Shown here: piece after piece, positions 1 to 13,578 of the stretch
Layout of the letters: every line of letters begins with the position of its first letter
Position numbering within the stretch: position 1 is the stretch's first letter
Assembly: GCA_951406725.2 (NCBI GenBank)
Contig: OX597823.1
Span: forward strand, 3,348,001-3,412,000
Source of the DNA: Octopus vulgaris
Taxonomy: Eukaryota
Length of the DNA: 64,000 nt
Direction of reading: 5' to 3'
The notes under the pieces: generated by a model
The model's input: the letters and a program-made list of their open reading frames with translations, nothing else
The model's database searches: none
What the model was told of the DNA's origin: nothing
Position numbers and translations under genes: made by a program

Positions 1-889
1 GACCTAGAAATTTTATAATTGTGTTTGACATCTACTTAAAAATAATTCCATTATTGTTAGCTTGAAATTAATTATTTGTTCTTTGCTGAAAGTAAAAACT
101 ACAGTATCTCTTGAAAATCTGAAAAACATTTAATTCAGTGCTTGACACCCCCACCCACCCCCGGCCCACAGTGGAGCTGCCTTTTATTGGTTTTAGTCAT
201 TGGACTGTGGCCATGCTGGGGCACCATCTTGAAGAATTTTTGAGTCAAATGGATTGATCCCTGTATGTTTTTTTTTAAAGCTTAGTACTTATTCCATCAG
301 TCTTTTTTGCTGAACTGCTAAGTTATGGGAATATAAACACACCAACACCAGTTGCCAAGCATTGGTGGGGAACAAATACTGACACGAAGACACACACACA
401 TACACATATATATACATATGATGGGCTTCTTTCAGTTTCCATCTACCAGATCCACCCACAAGGCTTTGGTCTGCTTGAGGTTGTAGTAGAATACATTTAC
501 CCCAGATGCCATGCCGTGGGACTGAACCTGGAACTGTGTGGTTGGGAAGCAAGCTTCTTACCATGCAGTCACATCTGTGAAATTTTAAAGATTATCCCCC
601 CCCCCCCCACATAATAACTGTTGTAATGAATGGAATAAACAGAAGCCAATGTCATCAAGTTAATTTGGTCGAATGAAACTAACTTTGGTGATTACTGGTA
701 ACTTTTCTGTGTGGAAGCCCAATATGGTAGGACTTCCACATAGACACACTTCCAGTGGTTACCAGCAGAATGGTTAACACATCAGGCAAAATGCTTAGTG
801 GCATTTCATCTGTTTTTATGTTCTTCTACTCTGATCAACTTTGCCTTTCATTCTCTTTGGCTTCATAAAATAAAGGCATACTGACCCCC

Positions 890-1530
890 ACCAACTTTGT
901 TTCCTGATTAACTTACAGAAAAATCAATATTGTTTTAATAAAATTTTCTACAAATACATTTCTGATTCTGCAGATTACAATTATATCAGAATTTTCATGT
1001 GAAGAAATGTTTCCAAAGGTGGAGTGAGGAGTTTCAGAAAATTCACATGAGTTAACTTTGTCTCCTCATAACTTTCAGAAAAAATGGTTATTTATTTTAT
1101 GAAATTTTCTACAAATACCTTTCAGAGTGTAAATTATGACTATTTTAGAATTTAATACGAGAAAGAAAACTGGTGGATTCGTACTCATGCATACTGACAC
1201 ACATCACAATATTTATTCAAAATTTCAAGTTTCATTTTGTAGATGTGTGAGCCAATATTTTTTTTTATATCAAATTTCAATATAATCATAATCTTCATGC
1301 TCTGAAAGGTATTTGTAGAAAATTTCATTAAAAAATTCTCATTTTTTTTAATGCTATGAGGAAACAAAATTGGCTTGTGAATTTTTCAAAACTCTTCACC
1401 TCATCCTCAGAAAACATTTTTCACCAAAAATTCCATTGATTAGAATCTGAACCATCCAAAGTGCATTTGTAGAAAACTTTGTTAAAAAGACTATCTATTT
1501 GTCTGCAAGTTATGAGGAAGTAAATTTGGT
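890..1530. repeat. Old AT-rich repeat with internal inverted units, possibly a non-autonomous DNA transposon
   Basis: Recurring aaattttctacaaatac.tt / aaggtatttgtagaaaattt and cctcataact / agttatgagga units. Related pieces lie at ~29320-29440 and 30700-31160. Confidence 0.5.
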
Positions 1531-2016
1531 GATAAGGGACACGCTTGTGTAGTTATGCCAAAATAAGTACCAGTTGAGTACTGGGGTTGCTGTAATTACC
1601 TCCTCCCCCAAATTTGCTGGCTTTGTGACAAAATTTGAAACCATTTTTAAATTGTTTTTGTCATAAGTCAACATAAAAACAAACATTTAGTCGTGGGTCC
1701 AAGTTGGGCAAGCAGCCCTCAACATTTTCCATCCAAAATGTTTTTTAACCCAATATTTACACATTTATAGATTTGTTTGCTTCAAGATAAACCATTCAAA
1801 AACCAATAAAGATCAAAAATTTATATACTCTATGTGTATGTTTGACTATATTTGTGCTTTTCAACAAAAACATATAGACAGTGATGTTGCAGTTATTACT
1901 GTCATTGGGTAGAGAGATGTATCTGAGGGGAAAAACATAATTTCAATAATATGCTCATCTAACTCATGCAAGCATGGAAAAATGGATGTAAACATTTAAG
2001 GAATAATACACATATA

Positions 2017-2780
2017 CTGGGTGGTATCAAAAGGTTCCTAGACTAGTTATGTTTATTAAAAAATAACTTATTTACCAAAGTTTTGACATCATCTCCTTTG
2101 AAATAGTCACCTTGCACAGAAATACGCTGGTTCTGGTGTTCCTGCCATTCTGGAATCCAGCCTAGAAGCCATTTTCCATAAGTGAGTCAAGGACCTTCTG
2201 TGATTCGCTTTGGATCTCGACAATGATGTTAAAACAGCAACCTTTGTACTGCATTTTCATCTTGGTGAAGAGATGGGAGCTTGGAGGTATTAAATTTGGT
2301 AAATAGGGTGAGTGTGGAAGCAACACCATGTTGTTTTTGGTGAGAAACTCGTGAGTGAGGAGAGCTCAGTGAAGAATTCAATTCTTCATGCTCCACAGCT
2401 CTGGTCGCTTTTGCCGCTGAATGTCTGCCCTCAAACGCTTCAAAATGTCACAGTAGAACTCTCCACTGGGCCCTGGTTGATAGTGGGGGGGGGGGGGGGG
2501 GGTTAGGATGAATTCCCGATGCAGAATACCACATTTCCAAGAGCAATGCTCGTGGCAGGTTTTCCCGATCGCTCATCGTCTTCCAGGATGTTCTTCAGCT
2601 TTTAAAGCACTCATGCCACTTGAAACATTACACGTGTCCCATTGCTTTGTCGCCGTAAGCTTGCTGAGGCATGCTCATTGTCTCTGTAGCAGACTTTCCA
2701 AGTTTAATGCAAAACTTCACATTGGCTCTTTGTTCCAACTTCCTGTCCATCACAAAATCACAAACTACAGCATACACACA
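2017..2780 (-). mobile_element. Mariner-family DNA transposon fossil, internally deleted
   Basis: The minus strand from the ATG at 2750 reads MDRKLEQRANVKFCIKLGKSATETMSM..AYGD..FKWH..FK....DDERSG, a mariner HTH N-terminus with stops. A QGDYFKGDD-like C-terminus lies near 2090-2120. The TIR-like end TA|CTGGGTGGTATCAAAAGGTTCC is at about 2015. Confidence 0.85.
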
Positions 2781-3204
2781 TCATCATCATCATCATTGTT
2801 TAATGTCCGTTTTCCATGCTAGCATGGGTTGGACGGTTCGACCAGGGTCCGGGAAGCCAGGAGGCTGCACCACGCTCCAATTTGATCTGGCAGTGTTTCT
2901 ACAGCTGGATGCCCTTCCTAACGCCAACCACTCCGTGAGTGTAGTGGGTGCTTTTTACGTGCCACCAGCACGGAAGCCAGTCAGGGCGGGGCTGGCATCA
3001 GCCACATGATCACAAAAACACATATTTCCCAACTTGCAAAGTAAACAATGATATCACTTGGCACACTGCAGAACTGTTTGATACCACCTTGTGTGTGTGT
3101 GTGTGTCTTATATTGCTCAGGAGCAATAAACACTGAAAATGTGCAGAGAACAACTTCCATCACATTCTAGGGAGAAAAACTACAAGTAGTTGATAGCTTC
3201 TATT

Positions 3205-4896
3205 ACCTAGGTAACCAAGTCAGTAGCGGGGAGGGTGCGCTGAAAGTGTAGCTGCTAGAATAAGAATAGCCTGAGCAAAGTTCAGAGAGCTCTTACCTCT
3301 GCTGGTGACAAAAGGCCTCTCACTCAGAGTAAAAGGTAGACTGTATGATGCATGTGTACGAACAGCCATGCTACATGGCAGTGAAACATGGGCTGTGACT
3401 GCTGAGGACATGCGTAATCTCGAGAGGTTGAAGCCAGTATGCTCCAATGGATGTGTAATGTCAGTGTGCATACTCGACAGAGTGTAAGTACATCATCATC
3501 ATCATCATCGTTTAACGTCCGTTCTCCATGCTAGCATGGGTTGGACGGTTCGACCAGGGATCTGGGAAGCCAGAAGGCTGCACCAGGCTCTGGTCTTATC
3601 TGGCAATGTTTCTACAGCTGGATGCCCTTCCTAACGTCAACCACTCCATGAGTGTAGTGGGTGCTTTTTTACGCGCCACCTGCACTGGTGCCAGGCAAGG
3701 CTGGCATCGGCCACTGTTGGATTGGTACATTTTACGTGCCACCTGCACGGAAGCCAGTCGAGGCGGCACTGGCTTCGGCCACGATTCGGATGGTGCTTTT
3801 TACGTGCCACCGACACGGAAGCCAGTCGAGGTGGCGCTGGCATCGGCCACTATTCGGATAGTGCTTTTTACGTATCTCCAGTCCAGGGGTCCTGGCATCT
3901 GCTGGGTGCCGGTCATAGGATTGGCTCAATTTCGATTCTGATTTCACTTGCCCCAACAGGTCTTCGCAAGCAAAGGGGTTTGGCATAGGTGCCTGTCGTC
4001 GGATGAGGTTCGATATCGACTTCGCTTGCCTCAACAGGTCTTTGTGTGGGACATAAGAAGCATCAGTTGTGGTGTGCAAGAGAGACAACTGTGCCTACAT
4101 GATCAGGTGGCAAGAATAGATGAGTATAGCTGTGTGAAAAATGCCACACCCTAGCAATTGAGGGAACCTGTGGAAGAGGTAGACCCAGGAAGACCTGGGA
4201 TGAGGTGGTGAAGCATGACCTTCGAACATTAGGCTTAACTGAGGCAATGACAAGTAACCAAGACCTTTGGAAGTATGCTGTGCTTGAGAAGAACCACCAA
4301 GCCAAGTGAGACCATAACCTTGTGGCCTATGCCAAGGGTGTAACCAGCCCACTTATGCGTACCTTTCCTTCATTGGACACTAAACTCTGCTTGCAAAGAC
4401 TTGTTGAGGCAAGTGAAATTGAAATCAAAATCAAATTCGATGACTGGCATCTATGCTAGTGGAGCACTAAGAGTACCATCCAAGCGTAATCGTTGCCAGA
4501 GCAGGTGCTGTCTTCCATGCTGGTGGCAAGTAAAAGGCACCATTCAAGTGTGATCGTTACCATCGTTGCCTTACTGGCACTTGTGCCAGTGGCACATGAA
4601 AAAATATTCCAGCAAGGTCGTTGCCAGTGCCGCTGGACTGGCTTCTGTGCGTGTGGCACGTAAAAAACACCATATGAGTGTGGCTGTTGCCAGTACCACT
4701 TGACTGGCCCTCGTGCCAGTGGCACGTAAAAGCACCCACTACACTCTCAGAGTGGTTGGCGTTAGGAAGGGCATCCTGTTGTAGAAACTCTGCCAGATCA
4801 GATTGGAGTCTGGTGCAGCCACCTGGCTCGCCAGTCCTCAGTCAAATCATCCAACCCATGCTAGCATGGAAAGCGGACATTAAACAATGATGATGA
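3205..4896 (+). mobile_element. RTE LINE 3' fragment interrupted by an antisense RTE 3' end (3491-4045)
   Basis: Colinear with 21525-22550 (YLG..., KGLSLRVKGRLY...). It resumes at ggacataagaagc (~4049) after the insert and ends in (gat)n. Confidence 0.88.
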
Positions 4897-5674
4897 TATA
4901 TATACAGCAATGTACGTATACTTTGGTCTCATATATGTAAGTATATATTTATCTAAATCTTGTACGACTCTATTCTTTCTTTTATTCTTTCTTTCTATCA
5001 GTCCTTTCACGCTTACTTCGTTCATTCCACTCTTCGTTCTTTCGTTTCCCCTCTCTCACATTTCCTTGCCTTCTCTTCATGCTCACTTTCCCTCCTCTTT
5101 TCATTTCACTGTGTCCCTCTCATTTTTTCTCACCCCCTCCTTATTTCTTCTGTTCCTCTGCCTCTACCTCTCTCTCTTCTCTCCCCATGTGATCGGTGTT
5201 CGGCAAAGCCTGGCCTTATCTTTTACTTGGTTTGGCCGTCATCCGTGCAACATCTATATTCCTCCCTGTGCCTGTGAAATCTTGTATCCCTTCTGTAAGG
5301 CTTTACTTCCACACACACCAGCTTAATTTAATTCATCCTTAGTCGAAAGACATCTGTTGTTATGTCCTGTTATTTGTATTTGTGTAACATTCTCCGTTTT
5401 TTCTGTCCTTGTTTTCTTATACATTTGCTGCTTTCTTTGAAGGAATCTAATGCTCTTAGCATAGTTTTTCCTTGGGGTTGGCCAGATTGGAGCAATCTCG
5501 AGTATAACCAGCCGAAATTGCAAAGATAATCTGGAACTCGACTGAGGATAGAAAATGCTGAATGACTCATCCTTGTTTTCTTTGTATCGTCTGTCTAGAT
5601 GTTTTGCATTCTTGTCCCATTTTATATTTTATATATATATGTATATATATATATATATATATTCATCTGGACGG

Positions 5675-5746
5675 TCGCACCGATGATCTACAGACATTTA
5701 TGTAAGTAAATTTACGTAATATGTTAATAGTGAAACATGTCTGCGA
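5675..5746 (+). ncRNA. Type-I hammerhead ribozyme motif with long stem II
   Basis: UCGCA-CCGAUGA-[hairpin CUA/UAG, ACAU/AUGU, UUAUGUAA/UUACGUAA]-GAAA-CAUG-U-C-UGCGA: perfect 5-bp stem I, palindromic stem III ACAUGU and GUC triplet (C5741). U4 is C and the 10.1-11.1 pair is U.U. Confidence 0.68.
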
Positions 5747-6039
5747 ATAATCCATATTTTTATTGCTTTTTCTTTTGTCTTGCTCCTTTACGTTTTGGTT
5801 GTTTTGCTAAATTTTTCTTGAGAACATTTCTTTGTGGAAAGACCATAGTGAATCTATTTATAGCATAAGGGTTTCCCTCTAATATGTATATATATATATA
5901 TATATATATATCATATATATGCAAACTTAGAAGGTTGTTTGTTATGGTTGGTCAGAGAGTGATCACTGGTTTCAGTGCAAGGATGATGCACAAATTCTTG
6001 AAGCATTCCATATTTTTAATGTATATATGTATGTATATT

Positions 6040-6648
6040 ATGCTGCAGTGGTCACTACATGGTGCCAAACAAACACTGGAGCTTGAAGTGATCCAATGTT
6101 ACTACACTAGATTGTAACAGTGCAGCAAATGATCAACTAGGAGAGGCTGAAAAAACTACAGTTTTACTCCCTGGAGTGAAGACTGAAGATATATGTTTTA
6201 ATCTAGATTTGGAAAATTCTGGAAGGGCTAGTATCTAACTGCAGCATTAAGTGGACATCATTGCATTGTACCAAAGGTACCATTCACTGCATCTTAATTC
6301 AGGACCAAGCAGTGCTATAGCTTACAGTTCAAAGGCCCACAGATCTTCAATGCTCCACCAAAAAGAATTAAGAAAGCTAGGAGAATGTGGATGGGGATAT
6401 CTTCTCCTATCTATGATACTGGATGAAGCAACAACCCAGCATGAGGTACAGATGAGGGCAGCATTGTCAAATTCCCTCCTACACCAAATAAGCCAACAAT
6501 CAAGGGGGAAAAGAAGATGCAGGAAAAGTATTATGAAATCCCACCACCCTGAAGAAATCAGTCAAACAACAAAGATGTGGGAAACATACAAAATCAGGAT
6601 GGTGCTCCAGCATGACTACAGTCACATGGCTGAGACAAATAAAAGAAA
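6040..6648 (+). mobile_element. Highly decayed CR1 3' fragment
   Basis: gagaggctgaaaaaactacagttttactccctggag (ERLKKLQFYSLE) and tggaaaattctggaagg (WKILEG) resemble the 18040 family. The same tail, ggtgctccagcatg..cagtc..., is at 6600-6645. Confidence 0.6.
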
Positions 6649-6806
6649 TATATATTTATATACACACATACACACACAGCAGATACACGTGTGTACATAT
6701 ATATATATATATATATTGTTGAAATTTACAGAAAAACAAAAGACAAAGACAGTTGTATAAACAACAAGCAGGTGTATAACTTTGATGCTCAGGAAGGTGA
6801 TAAAGT

Positions 6807-6842
6807 CTTTTATGTTTCGAGCCTATGCCCTTCAACAGAAAG
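6807..6842 (-). ncRNA. Degenerate minimal hammerhead motif in a ~195-bp insert (6716-6911)
   Basis: CUUU-CUGUUGA-A-GGGC(AUAG)GCUC-GAAA-CA-U-A-AAAG. A6 is U and the stem III CG reads CA. Confidence 0.5.
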
Positions 6843-6942
6843 GAACACGAGGAAATAAACAGAAAGAGAATAAAAAAACTTGTGGAGTTAGCAGCCAATC
6901 ATGGTGACTGGATATATGTATATATATATATATATATATACA

Positions 6943-7277
6943 CTAGCAGCTAAGCCCGGTTTCATCTGGTTGGTTTGGATGATGTGGCTATAAAACCTGC
7001 TCTGTGTAAGCATTCGACTCGTTTGGGCACGCTTACGTTAAAAAATCAATTTTAAAATGACTTTTTTCTGTCAAAACGCTAAGAATAACTGACCAACAAC
7101 AACAAAAAAAAAACCAACCAAGATTCAACCAAATCAAAAAATAAACCCAAATACTAAATGAACAAAGATGAACCCTCCCACTTCCATTGTGAGTTGAAAC
7201 GCTCACTTCTTCCTTCCTTATTCATCTATCACTCCTTCCTTTCTCATTCATAAACACAAGAATATTATTATAGTAGA
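6943..7277 (-). mobile_element. Short Helitron-like element
   Basis: Minus strand A|TCTACTATAATAATA 5' end, an imperfect subterminal hairpin at 6955-6970, and a CTAG|T 3' end. Confidence 0.55.
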
Positions 7278-7435
7278 TTATCTCCATAACCATGGGAGCT
7301 ATGAAAAAATACAAAGCTCAGCATCACCACCGGATTATTCTGCACATCTGTGTAATTTTTCACGAAATTCCACCCGGCTGTTTGACCGTGAATCCCAAGA
7401 CAAGAAAGAATCGCCCATGTCAGATTTATATGTAA

Positions 7436-7493
<58 letters not shown>

Positions 7494-7495
7494 AA

Positions 7496-7533
<38 letters not shown>

Positions 7534-7791
7534 CACACACACACACATATGCACACACAAATACATGTGTGTGTATACACACACACATACATACATGTAT
7601 GTATACATATAATTATGCATATATAGAGAAATATAGATATGTATTAGAAAATAGAAATGTGTATGTATAAACAGCAACAGAGTAGACTGAAAAAGAGAAA
7701 GTCCCTGGCACAGCATTATATACTTGAAAAAGGAATAGAAATGGGTTTTCTGATAATTTTTCCACTTTAATAATTTGATGTTTATAAGATA

Positions 7792-8954
7792 CTAGCTGAA
7801 GGTGACCCGCTCAACGCGCGGGTAAGAGTGTGGTTGTTACTTTCTGTTGCTTCCTCTCAGCACGTAAAAAGCACCATCCGAACGTGGCCAATTGCAGCGC
7901 TGTGCTGGTGGCACGTAAAAAGCACCAACCGATCGTTGCCGCTGCAAGCCCCCCCTGGCACCTGTGCCAGCGGCACAAAAAAAGCACCCACTACACTCAC
8001 AGAGTGGTTGGCATTAGGAAGGTCATCCACCTGTAGAAACACTGCCAGATCAGACTGGAGCCTGATGCAGCCTCCTGGCTTTCCAGACCCCGGTCAAACT
8101 GTCCAACCCGTGCTAGCACGGAAAACGGACGTTAAACGATGATGATGATGATGATTCTCCGTCTTTGTTTCTCTCTCCTTTCTCTCTCACTTTCCCACTC
8201 TCTTACTTTTCTTTTCTCTCGGACTCTCCCTCACATTCTCTTACTCGCTATCTTTATCTATCTCTCTCCCATTTATAAACAACAGAAGATCTTGAGTAAG
8301 TTGAGAAATATAACATTTAGAAAGATCAATCATAAATATCAGGCAGTGGCAACGGAAAGGTCTGCTTCAAAACGCTAACATTTAAAAGGGACAGACGAAC
8401 TTGCGAGCTGAATAAAAATAATAAAATATTGGAAACCAAAGTTTGAAGGGATAGAGTCTGAGGATAGTAGAGTCACCATGGCTGGCATTTCTTAACGACG
8501 GACAGCAACGTATTGACAGTTTAACGGCTGGCGTAAAATTTTGAACTTGATGTAAAAGAAAATTCGTAAACACCAAGTTTTGAAGTGATTCTTTCTCACG
8601 ACAGTAGACTCACCATGGCAAGCATTCAAAACTTCTTCATCATGGACAGCAACACATTGACGATTTAAAGGCTGGCGCAAATTTTTTAGCTTGATGTAAC
8701 AGAGAATCCCTAAACACCCGCTCCTTTAAATTTTAATCCCCTTCTAGCCCCATTTAGACCCCTTTTCACATTTTGGTTAATATAACCCGATTTCATTCGG
8801 GTCTACTGGGGCCACATTTTATAAGATGAGGAATTTTGTCCTAGAGGTGACGCCTTTCATTTGAAGAAAAAAATAGTTGTCATGCAAACTTGCCAGCACT
8901 TTTAACATAGGTGTGCATATTTTCAGCTGAATCGACCGACTACGTAATGCACAC

Positions 8955-9049
<95 letters not shown>

Positions 9050-9856
9050 GTGTGTGTGTGTGCATGCATTATATATACAAATGTATACAAATGAGATATA
9101 TATCTGTATAAATTAAATTAGTGATAAAACTACTAATAGTCAAATCAAACAGTGAAAAACCAAAAACAAAAACATAAAAAAAAATATAATATAGAAAATA
9201 TAGAAAATATAAAATTGAAAAATTTAAATTATTTAAATTGAAAATAAAAATTATTAAATTATATTTATAATTTGTTTAAAAATATATATAACTATGAAAA
9301 AGTATGAAAAAGTTTAATATACATAAATACAGATATATACACTTTGAATATATACATTATATATACATATTTATATATAGAACACACACACACACACACA
9401 TATACATTATATATACATATTTATATATAGAACACACACACACACACACATATAAATGAATGCAAGAATATCTGATTCATAATATTTGTTCTCATGCTCG
9501 TGTGTTGTTGGTGACAGACAGATACATAAAAGAATGCCGATGTGATGGGAAGGTAGGAAACAGAGTGAGTGAAAAAGAGAGGAAATAGCGAGAGTGACAG
9601 ATACATTAAATAACGGTAGTGGAAATGTCAAAGTTATAAATGAAGGGGAGTGAGAGGGTAATGGAGGAAATAGCGTGAGTGAGGAAGATGGCCCCTAGCA
9701 ACCACACCTTTTAAGATAGGGATTTCTAACGTAGCCCACGGGCATCGTCACCTCATTCTACATGTCCCTGTAAATTTTGGAGCGAATCGGATGGGATGTA
9801 GTGGCATTGAAAGCGATCCAAGCGGTAAAAACGCATTTCAGTTTTATATATAGAGA
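7792..9856 (-). mobile_element. Non-autonomous Helitron (ends), with nested repeats
   Basis: The minus strand begins A|TCTCTATATATAAAAC (9856) and ends with hairpin CCCGC...GCGGG (7806-7822) and CTAG|T (7792), with no TSD. That the two ends belong to one element is inferred. Confidence 0.65.
8463..8718. repeat. Diverged tandem duplication (~137-bp period) inside the Helitron span
   Basis: ga(t/c)agtaga.tcaccatggc...ggacagcaac..attgac..ttaa.ggctggcg.aaa...cttgatgtaa.aga.aat...taaacacc occurs twice. Confidence 0.75.
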
Positions 9857-11728
9857 TTACGTGTTTACAATAAACATCTAATTATTAAAATGGTAAACTT
9901 CATTATCTCAAATATAGAAATATATATATACATAAATACATACATACATACATACATACAGGGTGTGATGGGTAAATTGTTGCCATTTTATATTTTTAAT
10001 TTCATGCATGCGCATTGTTTGATTTTGATTTTGTCAACTACACAGTATAGTAGGGTCAGTTGGGCACCGTCTGTGAGAAAAACAGCACCACGATGCAATT
10101 CACTCTGCCAGAAATTTGGAAACGATGTGTGTGTGTGTGTGTGTATATATGTATATCTATTTATACATGTATATATGCACATGTGTATATATGTACAAGT
10201 ATATATGTATATATATATGTACATTTATGTATGTATATATGTACATGTGTATATGTACACGTATATGTGGATATATGTACATGTGTATATATGTACATGT
10301 GTATATATGTACAATTATATTTGTTTATATATGTACATGTATATACATATATATAAATATATATGTATATACCGCTTAATAATCTGAATGGAGGCAATGC
10401 AAGCGGAAACTAGAGGAACATAATTAATAACCACACTTGAAAATCAAATGTATGTATATATTCTTCCATATTTATAAAACGGATATAAAAATTCCAAATA
10501 TATAAATATAAAAATACATATAAATGGATAAATATTGATATGATACATAAAACACAGTAAATCTTAGATTTAAAAGTTATAATACGTTGGTGTAATAAAA
10601 ATTTGAGATGATGAAACATGAAAAGGACTAAAATACTAAAATACCACAAAAATATTACAAAAATTTAAAGTTCCATCTATGGGCCATTTCAGAGACATTC
10701 CAAGTAATATGATATATTTCATATTTTTAAAACTGACACTTCCCTAATCAAGATCTTTTCACACAATACAGAAAAAACATACAGAAATACAATTATACAG
10801 TTACATACCAGCCACTTGATCCACATTATTGAACTCAATTGGAGCACCACAACTCCAGTCAGTATTTTATTTGTGAGTATTGTTAACACTAGCAATCTCT
10901 AAATAAAGCAGTGTATTTTATATATGTATATATACATATATGCCTCCCCTGGCACCTGTGCCAGTGGCATGTAAAAAGCACCATCCATATGTGGCCGATG
11001 CCAGCACCACCTTGACTGGCTTCCATGTCAGTGGCACGTACAAAGCACCCACTACACTCACAGAGTGGTTGACATTAGGAAGGGCATCTAGCTGTAGAAA
11101 CACTGCCTGATCAGACTGGAGCCTGGTGCAGCCTCCTGGCTTCCCAGACCCCGGTCAAACCGTCCAACCCATGCTAGCATGGAAAATGGACGTTAAACGA
11201 TGATGATGATGATGATGATGATGATGGGTGCTTCCTTGTTAGATAAACTGGATCCTCACTGGCAAGAAATCTTGTTTGTTTTTAATTCTTTTTTTTTGTT
11301 TTTCCTTAACCCTGGGACCTTACAATGTCCTGTGAAGCCAGTGACCGGCATGTGCCGATGCAGCAGCCATATTCACATGTTGCAATCAGGTGCTCATTCT
11401 TGATCGTATACTTTCATCCGCCCTTCTGGGTCCAGACAGGCAGGAATTCCCTACCACATTGGCTGCGTAATGGATTTGTTGCTAGAAATTGGGTTCATTC
11501 AGTTTGAGGCCTCTCAGTATAGGTGACTTGTGTGGTGGTCAGCTCTGGAGAGGCAAACACGTCTGCATTATACCACACTCAAAATTGTGTGTGTGCATGG
11601 GTGTGTGAAAATTTGTCCTGTTTATATATCTACATCATAGGTTACATATATGTGTGTGTGTGTGTGTGTCCATACATATATAAAGACATGTATATGTTTA
11701 TATATGTGTGTGTGTGTGTGTGTGTCTG

Positions 11729-11770
<42 letters not shown>

Positions 11771-12764
11771 CATGTCTTTATATATATATGGACATATATA
11801 TTAATATATATATATGGACACACACACACACACACACACAAACATACCAACTGACTGGCCCTTGTGTTGTTGGCACGTAAAAGCACCCACTATACTCTCA
11901 GAGTGGTTGGCGTTAGGAAGGGCATCCAGCTGTAGAAACTCTGCCAGATCAGATTGGAGCCTGGTGCAGCCATCTGGTTCGACTGTCCTTGGTCAAGTCG
12001 TCCAACCCATGCCAGCATGGAAAGTGGACGTTAAGCGATGATGATGATGATATATACATCCATACACACACATTATATATATATATACATGGACATATAC
12101 ACATACATAGACATATATACATATACATTAATGCACATACATACATATATACACACACATTCATACATACATACATTCATACATACACACAAACATGCAT
12201 GCATACATACATACACACATACACACACATACACACATACACACATACACACACATATATACACACATATATACATTTATACATTATACGTACATACATA
12301 CACACACATACATACATACACACATACATACATCATACACATATATATACACACACATAATACATACATACATACATACATACACACATACACACATACA
12401 TCATACATTCATACATACACAAATACATACATACATTCATACATACATACACACATACATATGCACATGCACACATACATACACACATACACACACACAT
12501 ACATACATTCATACATACATACACACACACATATATATATATACACACATACACACATACATACATTCATACATTCATACATACATACACACATATATAT
12601 ATATATATACACACATACACACATACATACATTCATACATTCATACATACATACACATATATAGTTAATCCAAACATAAAAACACAAAGAGAAAACACAA
12701 CAACGCGAGGACGTGGAACAAATATAGTATTATTGGACACTCAGGAAGGAAGGAAAGAAGGAGG

Positions 12765-12799
12765 GTTTAACGTTTCGAGCGGAGCTCTTTGTCGGAAAC
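12765..12799 (-). ncRNA. Degenerate minimal hammerhead motif in a ~220-bp insert (12662-12880)
   Basis: GUUU-CCGACAA-A-GAGC(UCC)GCUC-GAAA-CG-U-U-AAAC. G8 appears mutated to A, as expected from CpG decay. Confidence 0.6.
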
Positions 12800-13578
12800 A
12801 TAGGTAAAAGGAAAGATCCAAGGAAGGGAAGACGGAAGAAAAAAAAATCGCCAACGGTACACACGAGGTCACATTTTGAATACACATATACATACATACA
12901 TATATACATACATACATACATACATACATACATTCATACACACATACATATACACATGCACACATACATACACAGACATACATACACACATACATACATA
13001 CATACATACATACATACATACATACACATAATACATATATACACACATACATACATTCATACACACATACACACATACATACACACACATACATACATAC
13101 ATACATACATACATACACACATACATACACACATACATACATTCATTCATACATACATACATACATACATACACACACATAATACATATATACACACATA
13201 CACACATACATACATACATACATACACACACATAATACATATATACACACATACACACATACATACATTCATTCATACATACATACATACATACATACAC
13301 ACACATGATACATATATACACACATACACACATACATATACACACATACATACATACATACACACATACATACACATATACATACATTCATTCATACATA
13401 CATACATACATACATACACACACATAATACATATATACACACATACACACATACATACATTCATACATACATACACACATACATATACACATGCACCCAT
13501 ACATACACAGACATACATACACACATACATACATACATTCATACATACATACATATATACACACACATAATACATATG

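Noticed and set aside
5325-5560. atccttagtcg / cgactgaggat inverted pair with CTGAGGA and GAAA nearby
   Set aside because: The order and spacing do not build a hammerhead; treated as an unclassified repeat.
6251-6760. 169-aa ORF
   Set aside because: It overlaps a decayed CR1 3' end and a microsatellite, and has no recognisable domain.
11320-11565. Candidate second exon for the minus-strand gene
   Set aside because: The acceptor lacks a pyrimidine tract and the phase-1 frame stops after about 22 codons.
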